Assembly: GCA_964199315.1 (NCBI GenBank)
Contig: OZ116698.1
Location: 15,686,001 to 15,750,000, forward strand
From: Orbicella franksi
Taxonomy: Eukaryota
DNA: 64,000 nt
Direction: 5' to 3'
Below the pieces are notes generated by a model. The model worked only from the letters and a program-made list of their open reading frames with translations, was not told where the DNA came from and did not search any database. Numbering within the stretch: position 1 is the first letter of the stretch; each line of letters opens with the position of its first letter. Shown piece after piece: positions 37,774 to 48,991 of this stretch. Both the position numbers and the translations under genes were made by a program.

Positions 37774-39016
37774 ATAAACAAGTGAAAATTAGCGATAAGA
37801 AAGAACGTTTCGGTGACATCGTGACACCATTTTCAAGTTCAAATGCAAAAAGATAAACTGTCAGACAATTCGCTCAAGATTAACATTGTTCGTTATTACA
37901 TATGCAAAGTCACGCAAATAGTTTTGCTTGAATTGAGTTGAGAGAGGGTGTTAATTCTCTAATTAGCAGTATTTCATGCACTAAACAATCGAACGTATTC
38001 ATGCACTTCCTGACAACGGAAAAATGTCTTTACGGGTCTTTCGGAACAATATTGTTCGTTAATGACGTGTTTGCCAATGGAAGATGACTGTTTAGTGTGT
38101 TCAGCCACGCGTTGGTGCAAGTGCCTGAGAGGAAAGCCTACATAGCCTACATAGCTTGCATCGCACAAGTCACATTGAAGTTTATAAATTACACGTTGTT
38201 GGTTAACAATAGGCGGGTTAATCTCATGCACTTTTAGCTCTCGCTGGGTCTTATCACCAACAAAAACCGGTTGAATGACAGTGTGGGTCTTCAAGCTCAG
38301 GTCTTTCAGCTGCTTACGGACAAAGTCTGTCGAATCCTGGGCAGGACTATTCGGTCGGTTGGGTTCTCTTTTTGGGCAGGTGTTGGTTGCGGGTCTTCAA
38401 CTTCAGAGGCGATAAACGACTTGACTGTAGAGTTGATAAAGTGTTGTGGATATTTAAGTCGGGAGAAAACTGCTGTCAAACGGTCCCATTCTTCAGAAAA
38501 ATACGACCAGCACGATGATAAGCGATATGCACGGTATACATACATCACCTTTATTTCACCTCGGAATTACAAGAGTAGTTGTATAGTTAGACCATGCTGG
38601 TCAAGCATGGTTTTCAAAAGTCCTCGTTTATATCGCATGTCGACATGGCTCTGGTAGTGGAGCAAAAGACCCGTGTTAGTAGTAGGTTTTATGTAGACTT
38701 TGGTCTCAATTTGAGGAGCTCTGTTAAGCGGCAGTTGCATTCCTAGAAAAGGAAGCAGACCATTACTCTCTCTCTCCATGGTGAACTTCACTGATGATTG
38801 GCAGTTGTTGAGCGCTTGAAGAAAGGTAGCTGCTGATGCTGTGTCAGGCATTATAATTAAAGTGTCGTCAACATATCTCTTGTAAAATGAAGGCATTTTG
38901 CCTTCATCAACCAGAGTTTCTTCAATGGATCCCATGAAGACATTAGCGAGCAGTGGCCCGAGTGGAGAGCCCATGGCGACGCCATCGGTCTGTTCATAAA
39001 GTTGTCCAATGAACTG
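37774..39016 (-). mobile_element. Penelope-like retroelement, 5'-truncated and frameshifted (left arm of palindrome)
   Basis: GVAMGSPLGPLLANVFM, YKRYVDDTLII, TKVYIKPT.TG..L.Y.S and GIY-YIG remnant VIYKLQCDLCDASYVG...HLHQRVAEH on the minus strand. Confidence 0.9.
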
Positions 39017-39032
39017 GAACAGTTGGTCTGGT

Positions 39033-40269
39033 CAGTTCAATGGACAACTTTATGAACAGACCGATGGCGTCGCCATGGGCTCTCCACTCGGGCCACTGCT
39101 CGCTAATGTCTTCATGGGATCCATTGAAGAAACTCTGGTTGATGAAGGCAAAATGCCTTCATTTTACAAGAGATATGTTGACGACACTTTAATTATAATG
39201 CCTGACACAGCATCAGCAGCTACCTTTCTTCAAGCGCTCAACAACTGCCAATCATCAGTGAAGTTCACCATGGAGAGAGAGAGTAATGGTCTGCTTCCTT
39301 TTCTAGGAATGCAACTGCCGCTTAACAGAGCTCCTCAAATTGAGACCAAAGTCTACATAAAACCTACTACTAACACGGGTCTTTTGCTCCACTACCAGAG
39401 CCATGTCGACATGCGATATAAACGAGGACTTTTGAAAAGCATGCTTGACCAGCATGGTCTAGTTATACAACTACTCTTGTAATTCCGAGGTGAAATAAAG
39501 GTGATGTATGTATACCGTGCATATCGCTTATCATCGTGCTGGTCGAATTTTTCTGAAGAATGGGACCGTTTGACAGCAGTTTTCTCCCGACTGAAATATC
39601 CACAACACCTTATCAACTCTACAGTCAAGTCGTTTATCGCCTCTGAAGTTGAAGACCCGCAACCAACACCTGCCCAAAAAGAGAACCCAACCGACCGAAT
39701 AGTCCTGCCCAGGATTCGACAGACTTTGTCCGTAAGCAGCTGAAAGACCTGAGCTTGAAGACCCACACTGTCATTCAACCGGTTTTTGTTGGTGATAAGA
39801 TCCAGCGAGAGCTAAAAGTGCATGAGATTAACCCGCCTATTGTTAACCAACAACGTGTAATTTATAAACTTCAATGTGACTTGTGCGATGCAAGCTATGT
39901 AGGCTTTCTTCTCAGGCACTTGCACCAACGCGTGGCTGAACACACTAAACAGTCATCTTCCATTGGCAAACACGTCATTAACGAACAATATTGTTCCGAA
40001 AGACCCGTAAAGACATTTTTCCGTTGTCAGGAAGTGCATGACAACGTTCGATTGTTTAGTGCATGAAATACTGCTAATTAGAGAATTAACACCGTCTCTC
40101 AACTCAATTCAAGCAAAACTATTTGCGTGACATTGCATATGTAATAACGAACAATGTTAATCTTGAGCGAATTGTCTGACAGTTTATCTTTTTGCATTTG
40201 AACTTGAAAATGGTGTCACGATGTCACCGAAACGTTGTTCTTTCTTATCGCTAATTTTCACTTGTTTAT
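39033..40269 (+). mobile_element. Penelope-like retroelement, 5'-truncated and frameshifted (right arm of palindrome)
   Basis: FNGQLYEQTDGVAMGSPLGPLLANVFM..RYVDD (Penelope RT) and VIYKLQCDLCDASYVG..QRVAEH (GIY-YIG). Near-exact reverse complement of 37774-39016. Confidence 0.9.
40200..40240 (+). ncRNA. Minimal Penelope-type hammerhead ribozyme variant (U3-A8)
   Basis: GAAC-TTGAAAAT-GGTG[TCACGATGT]CACC-GAAAC-GTT-GTTC gives stem I GAAC/GTTC, core UUGAAAA (C3U with compensating G8A), stem II GGTG/CACC, GAAA, and a palindromic ACGT stem III. It sits at the element's 3' end. Activity is untested. Confidence 0.5.
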
Positions 40270-41981
40270 ACTCGAACGGCTAGATTGCAAAATCAAACAA
40301 CACGGGAGGAATAAAGATAGCAATATTTTATTGAAATAAAAATTGTCTCTGTTGTCCATTACTTCAAGTTAAAAAAAATAATAATAAAAAAATAATCTAG
40401 CCAATCTTGTCCCTGCCTTTTGGGCTGCTTCCACTCTGCTTCTCCAAGTCGGTGTTGTTTCTTTAGTCCTCATTTAATATTCCAACTTTAAAATCCTGGT
40501 CTGTTTTATTCGATCCCTTTACCCAAGCCAGGGACAGATGAACACTTGGAAGAGTTGACCGTTTGCTCTCAAGTGGGGTGGACAGCGTAAAGGAAAGTGA
40601 GAGTTTGCTCCCCATGCCTCCAGGGTCTCACTCTTAATTTGTCACAATGCCACACTCATTTTGGAATTAATAAGGTCATAAAAAAAAATAAAAAGCCAAA
40701 TGCGTAATTTGATTGAAGATGCTAATACGCGAGTCAATGTATCGAAAAATAAATGAACTGCCGATAAGCTCGCCCTCCCGGACTATTTTGGATGAAAACC
40801 CATCGAAGTTGGAAATATCCGCAACTTAGACCAGAAAAACTGAAGCGCTAAAGTGTGGCGCTTAATTCCAGTGCATCACCGTTGAAATCAAAGAAAGAAT
40901 TGATCATAGAATCCGCCAGTCTGGCCTCCCAACCAAACCTCCGACCGACCGTCATTCCACAAACTTCATCAAAGGGCACAAGTCGCTAAAAGTCTCTCAT
41001 CTGTGAAGCTACCATTGTCAGGTATCTCTCTTTAATTTGGATGAAAGAAATTGGCCAATTAATATGGCGAAAAAAGGTTTAGTTTTGTTTTTAAAATATA
41101 AATATTGCCGAACGTTTTAGTTAATTATGCTTATTCAGCTTGTATGCTTGTTGTCCTATTTCATTTCACGTGATGTTACTCTGGAGAGTTGTTTAATTCA
41201 AATGCAAATCAAATTCCCGTGCGAATGAATGAATAATTAGAAGAACAATTCTCCAGAGAACATCCGTGAAGCTGGGCGGGTCTTGTTATTATTTTAAAAC
41301 TAAAATAAGCTAGAGGCTTAAGCCGAATCACTGCTTTCAGTGACAAGAGTCTAGGAGTAAGAATGTGCTAAAGTTTTGTTGTGTTTAAATTAAATAATTG
41401 TGCGCGCGAAGATTTTAGACTAGAAAATTGTTGACTAATAAATTTGGTCGCGATTGTTTTTTTTTAATATGATCGAGTTTTGAGTTTGCTTCTAAAATCT
41501 AACTTAACGCGTTAATTTCTATTTCAGAAGTGTAAAATAGCTTGTTAATCAAAAATCCCCATTGCAAGAGATTGTAGAGTCCTTGTAGTGTCCTTTGCAT
41601 CCGTGACCTCTCTGCTCACGCAATGTGAAAAGGAGCATTGCGTGACAATCCGAGGAAGCCTCATTATTAGTCGATTTTAGTGGAAAAAGATTAAAAAACC
41701 CATGAAAAAAATTGAGCCAACCTTGAAAAGTGCGAGCCCCTAACGAAATGTTTATGACTGAAGTTTTATTGTTATTGCAAACAATATATTTAAAAATAAC
41801 GAAATGCTACATTGATTTAATTTTTACCTAGTATATTAATGATATTTATAACCTGTTGGTGAAAAGTTTTGAATTCCCGTTTGATTAGTTTAGTTGGTAA
41901 GAAAAAAAATAACTAAAGGGCTTAAAATAATGATTAATGTAAGATATTTCAGGATTACCCTTCATCAATACTAATTAATAG

Positions 41982-42014
<33 letters not shown>

Positions 42015-42035
42015 AATCGGTGGGGAGTATAACAA

Positions 42036-42151
42036 GATAATTTGGTTTTATCAACTGGGTTGATAATGTGAATTGGCCCCCGTTAAGAGATTCGAATCTC
42101 TTTACGGTGGCCAATTCACGTTATCAACCCAGTTGATAAAACCAAATTATC
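42036..42151. repeat. 116 bp near-perfect palindrome (foldback repeat)
   Basis: 58 bp arms with 3 mismatches, centred on AGAGATTCGAATCTCT. Confidence 0.85.
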
Positions 42152-45100
42152 AATACTAATTAGCTGTTTAATGGAATGCTGCCAATTTACTTAACAGTTT
42201 ACTAGGCTACCAAACAGAATTATTTCTCGAAGACCTATTAAATATCTAGTTTCTAATTAATTGCCAAGTGACAAATAAGAATTACTCTATTGAACACTCC
42301 AAAAACTTGACTAGACACAAGCTGTCAGCACAAGGATTCCTGGGATTGTTTTGGGTCCTAGCATGAGCTATGATTGGTTTACGGTTAACAAGGCCACTAT
42401 TGACCCAATCACAGCTCATGTTGGTTACCAAGGCAATTCCAGAGACCCTGGTGCCAAAAGCTGGTGCTGGTGAAGTTTGTGGAGTGTTCACTACAAATAA
42501 AAATATTTTTTGGAAAAAATGATGTTTAAAGTTCAATGAAAATGAAACAGAGAATGAAACTAGTTAAGTTGTGAAATTTCTTTAAAGGGAGAATGAAAAT
42601 TTAAGAAAAAGCTTAGTAATAATTTTTTCGTAAAAAAGATGTTTTGTTTATAATTGGGACTGTAGAATTTTATTTTAGTTATTTAAAGTTAAAGCTGTTA
42701 TATTTAATGAAAACCTAGAAGAGAGAGAAATCCTGACCCAGTAGCTACCCAATCAGAGAGACCCCCAGAGACTCAGCTCAATTTGATGTCATTTGTGAAA
42801 ATCCAATCAGGTCAGACCAATGAAATTCAATGATCTCCTCTGTCCATGCTTTCTCTAGAGATGCACCTTCCTCAAGCCCCACAATTCAACACCCCTGTTT
42901 TACGTCCTTGGTTGTGGAACATTTCCTGATACATTGACGGCAAAAAAGCATCTTCCTGGGCCAAAACTGATGGCGTAGTATTGTGACAAATTAAGTGAAA
43001 CCCTAAAGACATGAAAAGCAAACTCTCACCTTCCTTCACACTGTCCACCCCACTTGAGAGCAAACGGCCAACTCTTCCAAGTGCTCAAACTGTCCCTACT
43101 TGAATTACAGGATCAAATAAAGTTTCCCAGGATTTCTCAGTTGGAATATTTCAGAGGACATCAGAAACACACACCTTCTCAGAGGCAGAGCTTCCACAAC
43201 CCAGCAGGGACGTGATTGGCTAGATTTGAGTCTTGGTGTGTGTGCCACCTTCTGTCCTGGAATGAAATAATAACCTAACATTTTTAGTGGATACATGCAA
43301 GCTCATTAGCACTATAACTAAACAAATGAAGAAAAAAAAATGGCTGTTTCTTGGTGATACACATCGAGATGAAATTAAGTTAGCCTGTGAAGGTGTGTGT
43401 TTAGGGTACCAAGCAGAAAAATCCAACTAGCTTAAACAAGAAAACAGTACAAAAAAACCTATAATTTTTTGAGTAACCTAACTACTGAAAAAAACTTAAA
43501 GGAGGCCTAAAAGGAGCGGTCAAAATATGATGACTTGCAACACCAAGAAAAAACCAGGAAATCTAAACAAATCAAATTAAAATAAACTACTGATCAGCAA
43601 CAGTCTGCATTATGAAAGTAATTTATACTGTCACTGATCATTTTGATCAGGTTCAGCAAAAATGATTATTTAATATACTTACATGAAAGAATAAAAGATG
43701 CTGTGTCTAGATTAAAATAAAATAAAATAAAATAACACGACGACAAGCAAAACTAGTGATAAGTTAAAATTAAAATGCAGACTGTTGATTTAACATTTGT
43801 CTAAATTTTACAAATATTATCATAAGACAGTAATAATTGAATCAAAAATTTAGGAATTGAAATTGAAATGAAAATAAGCTTATGAAAAACAAAAATAGCC
43901 CTATTCCAAAAAAGAATAATTCCTAAGTGTTAAACCAAAATTAATTTTGGCTAATTCTTAAAAGACATTACAACTCAAACATTTTTCTGCAATCAGGTAG
44001 TGCCATATTTGAACATTTTGGTAAGTGTTGAAAGTAATTAACAAAGTCTGTTAAGGAGATAAATAAATTATGATGGAGTGGCAACAATAAGACTATCATC
44101 GCACCTACATGTAGCTAGTTGTTCCAACTTTTGCAGTGCTTGAAAATAAGTACTATTTTTTTCTTGTGTATTTCAGTTGGGGCTAATGAGCTTGCAGATC
44201 CACTTAACATACAAAAGTAAACTAATATAAACAAAGGAAGCATTAACAACTATAACTATTAAAAGTGTTATAAAAATAGGAAAATTGGTAACACTGCAAA
44301 AACTAGTAAAGCTGCTTAATTTTGTAGTAGTCCACTTCCAGTGGTGATGACAACTGAACATGGAATGCAAAATGATATCTGCTTTCCAAGGCCAAATTTT
44401 GGAGACGAAACAATTTTTATCCAAACTGATATAAATTTCAATGACAAATATTTGACGAACTATCTTGAGATTATTCAATTTATAACATCGAATGCTTCCC
44501 TTGTTTATGAATTAAACAACCACCATCACGCTGCCAGGCACTTAAAAATTAATACAAAAAACATTTGAAAAAGTAAATAAGTCAGTAATTCAAAAATAAT
44601 CATCATTTTTGAATTACTCGTGACTGTCTGTTTCAAAAACATGAATCAATGGCTAAAACTAAAACCGGTTTTAACAAACTATATTAAAAACAAACATAAT
44701 TATTTTGCAATTTTATGAAAGCAACAGTACGTAATAACATTGAGTGGCAGCATGTTGCTGATTGTTGTTAGAGTTTATTAGTTAAATATTTTACTGATAA
44801 AAAAGAAATACACTAAAATAACAATTAACCATTTAGCAAGCTTCCCTCTGAGCAGTGAGGAATGTGCTAGCCAAATTCTAAGAGTTTTCCCACTTAAAAG
44901 CAATTTATCTTAGCCTGTAATGAAGCAAACCCAAATGCAAAAGCAGAATACTGAAAAACTAGGTGTCCTGTGCTGTGCTGAAGCCCTCTAATCTCGCAAT
45001 TTAGGCTAAGAATGAAACCTTAGTATGTGGCCAATCAAAAAGTCGCCGAACAGTTACCATAACAGGCTTACTGTTTGTTTTCCCTACGTTGTTAAACGTC

Positions 45101-46564
45101 AGTTTCCAAATTTTTTAAATTTGAGACTATTTTTAGTTAAATTTCTTGTGGTTTGCAAATATTATGAATTTTGAATTGATGAAATTAACTCTTGAAATTT
45201 AGTTGAACTTGATTTACTGTCATTAATTTTTATTTTACCTTTACGGCCCAAAAATGATCAGCAACTAGTTTCTCCTCACACAGTGAACCAGACACATCAC
45301 AAGAATTGACCAAATGATCATGAATCACAAGGAAAATTAATTTGTCTCAGTTTGTTTCTCAAAATAATCAATCGGAACCCATTAGAAAGGTATGGAGACA
45401 AGATAAGAGAATGTGCCATTACTATTTGTTTGTCTGTTTACGACTGAAATTGAATCGTTTTTTTCAACTTTTGGTCAACTTTTCTAAACAATAATTATTG
45501 ATAGTTGAGACTTTGCTTAGGAGCAACTGTACGTCACACATCTAAGTAAAGGCTGAAAAGAAATCACTGCTCAAAGGACTCTTATGCTGGGACCTTCAAA
45601 CCTAGCTCAAAAGGAACAAACAAGTGCAAGAGTAATATTTACTGTTCAATGGATTCAAATCAGTCAAGTGGAAGGGGTTTCACGATAAACTGGTTCACCG
45701 ATTGGAGTCATGAATCTTTACTACAGCATGTAGATCTCTCAAGAATATGCATCCAAAACAAGTAAAATTTGCTGTGAAAGAGATGGTGGCTGTTCATTGC
45801 AAAGTGAGGTATTGCCTGTCTCATGATGTAGTCACTATAGGATGCAGATCGTGGTGTTTGACTACTTTCTGCAACACTTCATTGCCAGATGAAGAGCATG
45901 AAGACTTGTAGTAAGCAGTCAAAACATTACAATCTACATCCTAAGGGACCTCATCAGGAAGCAAACAACAACAATGTTTTTAATCAAAATTAATTTATTC
46001 TGCCACTGCAGTGAAAACTACAAACAGTAACAGAGATCCCTGACTCCAATCAAATAATCAAATAATCACACGCAGTGTACAGTTTGGGTGTTTCTTTTAA
46101 AGGCACTTGTTTGAACAATGGTGGCACACACACCTACATGCAACAAAATTATCTGTCTAGTGACTCAGTGCTAATCCTTGCATTGGTATGATGCTTATGC
46201 AGTTTCTGCGGTCTGTAAAGTTTTGATATTCCTCAAAGGGGCACTCAGGATTTCAAGTGACAGGGATGATCAAATTGAGGCTAAAATCAAAACCCACAAG
46301 ATTGTTTTGAATACCCTAAACAAATCCCTACTTAAATCAAGCCACCCATAAAACACTTGTCAAATTTTCCAACCCAGAACACTCCCAGAATTGAAAATTT
46401 CCAATACCCAAAAATCCTTCAACCATCCCCACAACTTGAAATCCAGTGTACCCCTATGTGCCAATCATGGAAGAAGTCAGTAGTATCTGGCAGTGTCAAT
46501 AACAGTCTTGTAATTTATTATTCTACACTGAGGTGCTTCAGGAGTCACATGTAAGTAGTTTTTA

Positions 46565-46980
46565 GGTTTGTTGAGGTCATGAATAAGTCAGTTGTAAGGT
46601 GTAAGCTAGTAAATCTTGGTGTCAGATGATGTCAGTGTCAATCCATCTATTGTTAGTCAAGTTTGTTCTGGCTCTGTTTTAAGCTTGGTTGGTTTGGTGA
46701 GGTCACAAATAAGTCATTAGTAAGGTGTCAGTAGTTTTTGGTGTCAGTTTCAGTCCATCTGTTGCAAGTCAAGTTTGTGTTGGGTCTGTTATTTGAAGTA
46801 AAAGTTTGTTGGCTGGTTTATTGAGATCATGAATAAGCCATATGTTAGTAGTAATTAGTAAGTAGATGTCGTTGTCAGATTCAATCTATTGTTTGTTAGT
46901 CAAGTTTGTGTACAGTAGGTTCTGTTTGAAGTCACAGTTAATTGTGTATTGCTTTGTTGAGGTATTAAAAAGTCACTTGC
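46565..46980. repeat. Degenerate minisatellite, about 125-135 bp unit, just over 3 copies
   Basis: The motifs TTG.TGAG(G/A)TCA..AATAAG(T/C)CA and AGTCAAGTTTGT recur at roughly 125-135 bp spacing. Confidence 0.65.
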
Positions 46981-48991
46981 TGGGTGAAAGAAAAAGTACA
47001 AGCCATGTAGTTGTTAGCATCAGTTGAGAGTGGTTTGTTCTAATAAGTTAGTGACTGTACATGTTTTAGAATTCATCACGTTGACTTTCTCAAAACCAAT
47101 GCAAGCATTTTAGCAAGAGTCTATCAAGCTAAAGAAATAACCAGCTACCTGTAACCTGAATGGGGGTTGTGGAACAACAGCTGGGTGAAAAACCTCCCCG
47201 TACGTCCACTTGCCCCTAGGAGGAAAACCCCGGGCCAGCTGTACCCCACATTCAAAGGCCTCCCGGGCTGGGCCAAAAAAATATATGATTAAATAGACAA
47301 TCTACTTAAACCATATTGTGGTCTTGTCTTGGTTTTCTTCTAGTCTCTGCAAAGTCCATGCTGTGTTGTAATGACCTCAGTTGTCTAGCATCCTGTGATG
47401 AAACAACCAAAACGATAAATTATGGCGGAATCTAATCTGAAGCTCTAGACACCAAGAAAGACAGACATTTTTACAATTTGTTTAGGTTTCGCAGACTAAA
47501 AAACAGTCCTCACATACGTCAAAAGTGACAAGGTGAATTTGAAGTTGAAGTTGAAGTTGAAAGTTTATTGCACAATTTAACACTACAGAATAATATTATA
47601 ATCCAATTAGCTCAACTTAGTTGTTTTCAATTGGTGCTATTAATGCATGTACTGCTTTTAAAATTTACTTGGTTTTACTTTTGTCTCATTAATATAGTCA
47701 TATTATTTTTGATTGTTCAGACTCTTGATTACAATATCATTGTGCTATTTACCTCCCCATGAGTTGGGATAATCAAAGTTTGACTGTACCCCCAAAATTA
47801 GATAAGCCCTTAGTTGGGTTGCTATGCTATAAATAACTAAGGATCATAAATTATTTACATGTAAAGGAACTTTTTAGTACTTTTTAAAATGTAAAATTGG
47901 TACACATCATAAGGAGTAATGACAGGGATTGAATGGAGCCTAACAAACATGCAAAATTAAATTTGCTGTTTTTGCGTTCGACAAAAAGGAGAACCTATTC
48001 CTAATGAATTGAGATTTTATGGGACAACCGGTCTTGGACCCAAACTTGACCTCCCATTACCAAAAACATCATGGCCCATACATGTGCTTATGAGTCTGTC
48101 TTGGTTTCTCCATCGATTCGCTTGTTGTAGCAAAGCTTGCAAAATTTCTCAGGTGCAAGAGAATTCAGGAGAGGTGCAATGTAAGTTGGGAATTTTATGG
48201 AAAATAAAAATAATAAAAAGTTATTATGAGTGCATTTAAAAATTGTAATGTGCTTACAATAATTTGTTTTTAATAAACCTGCCAGACTATTTACTAGGTG
48301 TTTCAAAGAGCTCAACATATGCCATGAGGAGATTCTTCCCAGCTAACATCACTTCGCCCTAAATTTGACAACGTATGTCTGGCAAAGTAGGTTAGAAAAT
48401 AAGTGTGTTTACCTGGTGGGTGAGGGTCTGCACGTTTTTGGCTTTCCACTGTCCTTCATCACTTCTCCGCTGTCTGTCAAGGTTTGTCCACTGTCCATCC
48501 AGATGATCTGAAGTTGATTTAACAAATTTTTAGAAACAAGAACCACTTAATTAACATTGACTGGGCCCATGTTGTTCAAAAGGTGGATAATGCTCTCCAC
48601 TGGACAAATCACTGCCCAGCGGATAGAAAGGTTTGTTTTGTCAAGACTTGTGCATTGGATAGATTGGATACCAAGATCTGAGTTACCAATTAGCAATGTT
48701 ATGATGTCATACTTTGGAAATACATTGTCGGAATCTAAGAGCTGAAATAGTTGTCTAAACAATGGCAAAATTTAAAAAATTGTACTGTAATATATTGCCC
48801 ATTAATTCAGCTCTAAATAAACTACAAGGTCAACATATACAACATGGCCGCTTTAACACAACTTTATTGCTGCAATGCACTCTGAGTGCTGACACAATAT
48901 GTTCTATAGGGCACTTAACATATTATACTGTTTCCCCCTTAGGAATGAGATATTCTTACAACAAGTAACACAGTATTAGCTGATACATTAG

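Noticed and set aside
37741-40279. ACTCGAAYGG on both sides of the Penelope palindrome as a target-site duplication
   Set aside because: The left copy is 23 nt away from the arm boundary and has a mismatch, so it cannot be called a TSD.
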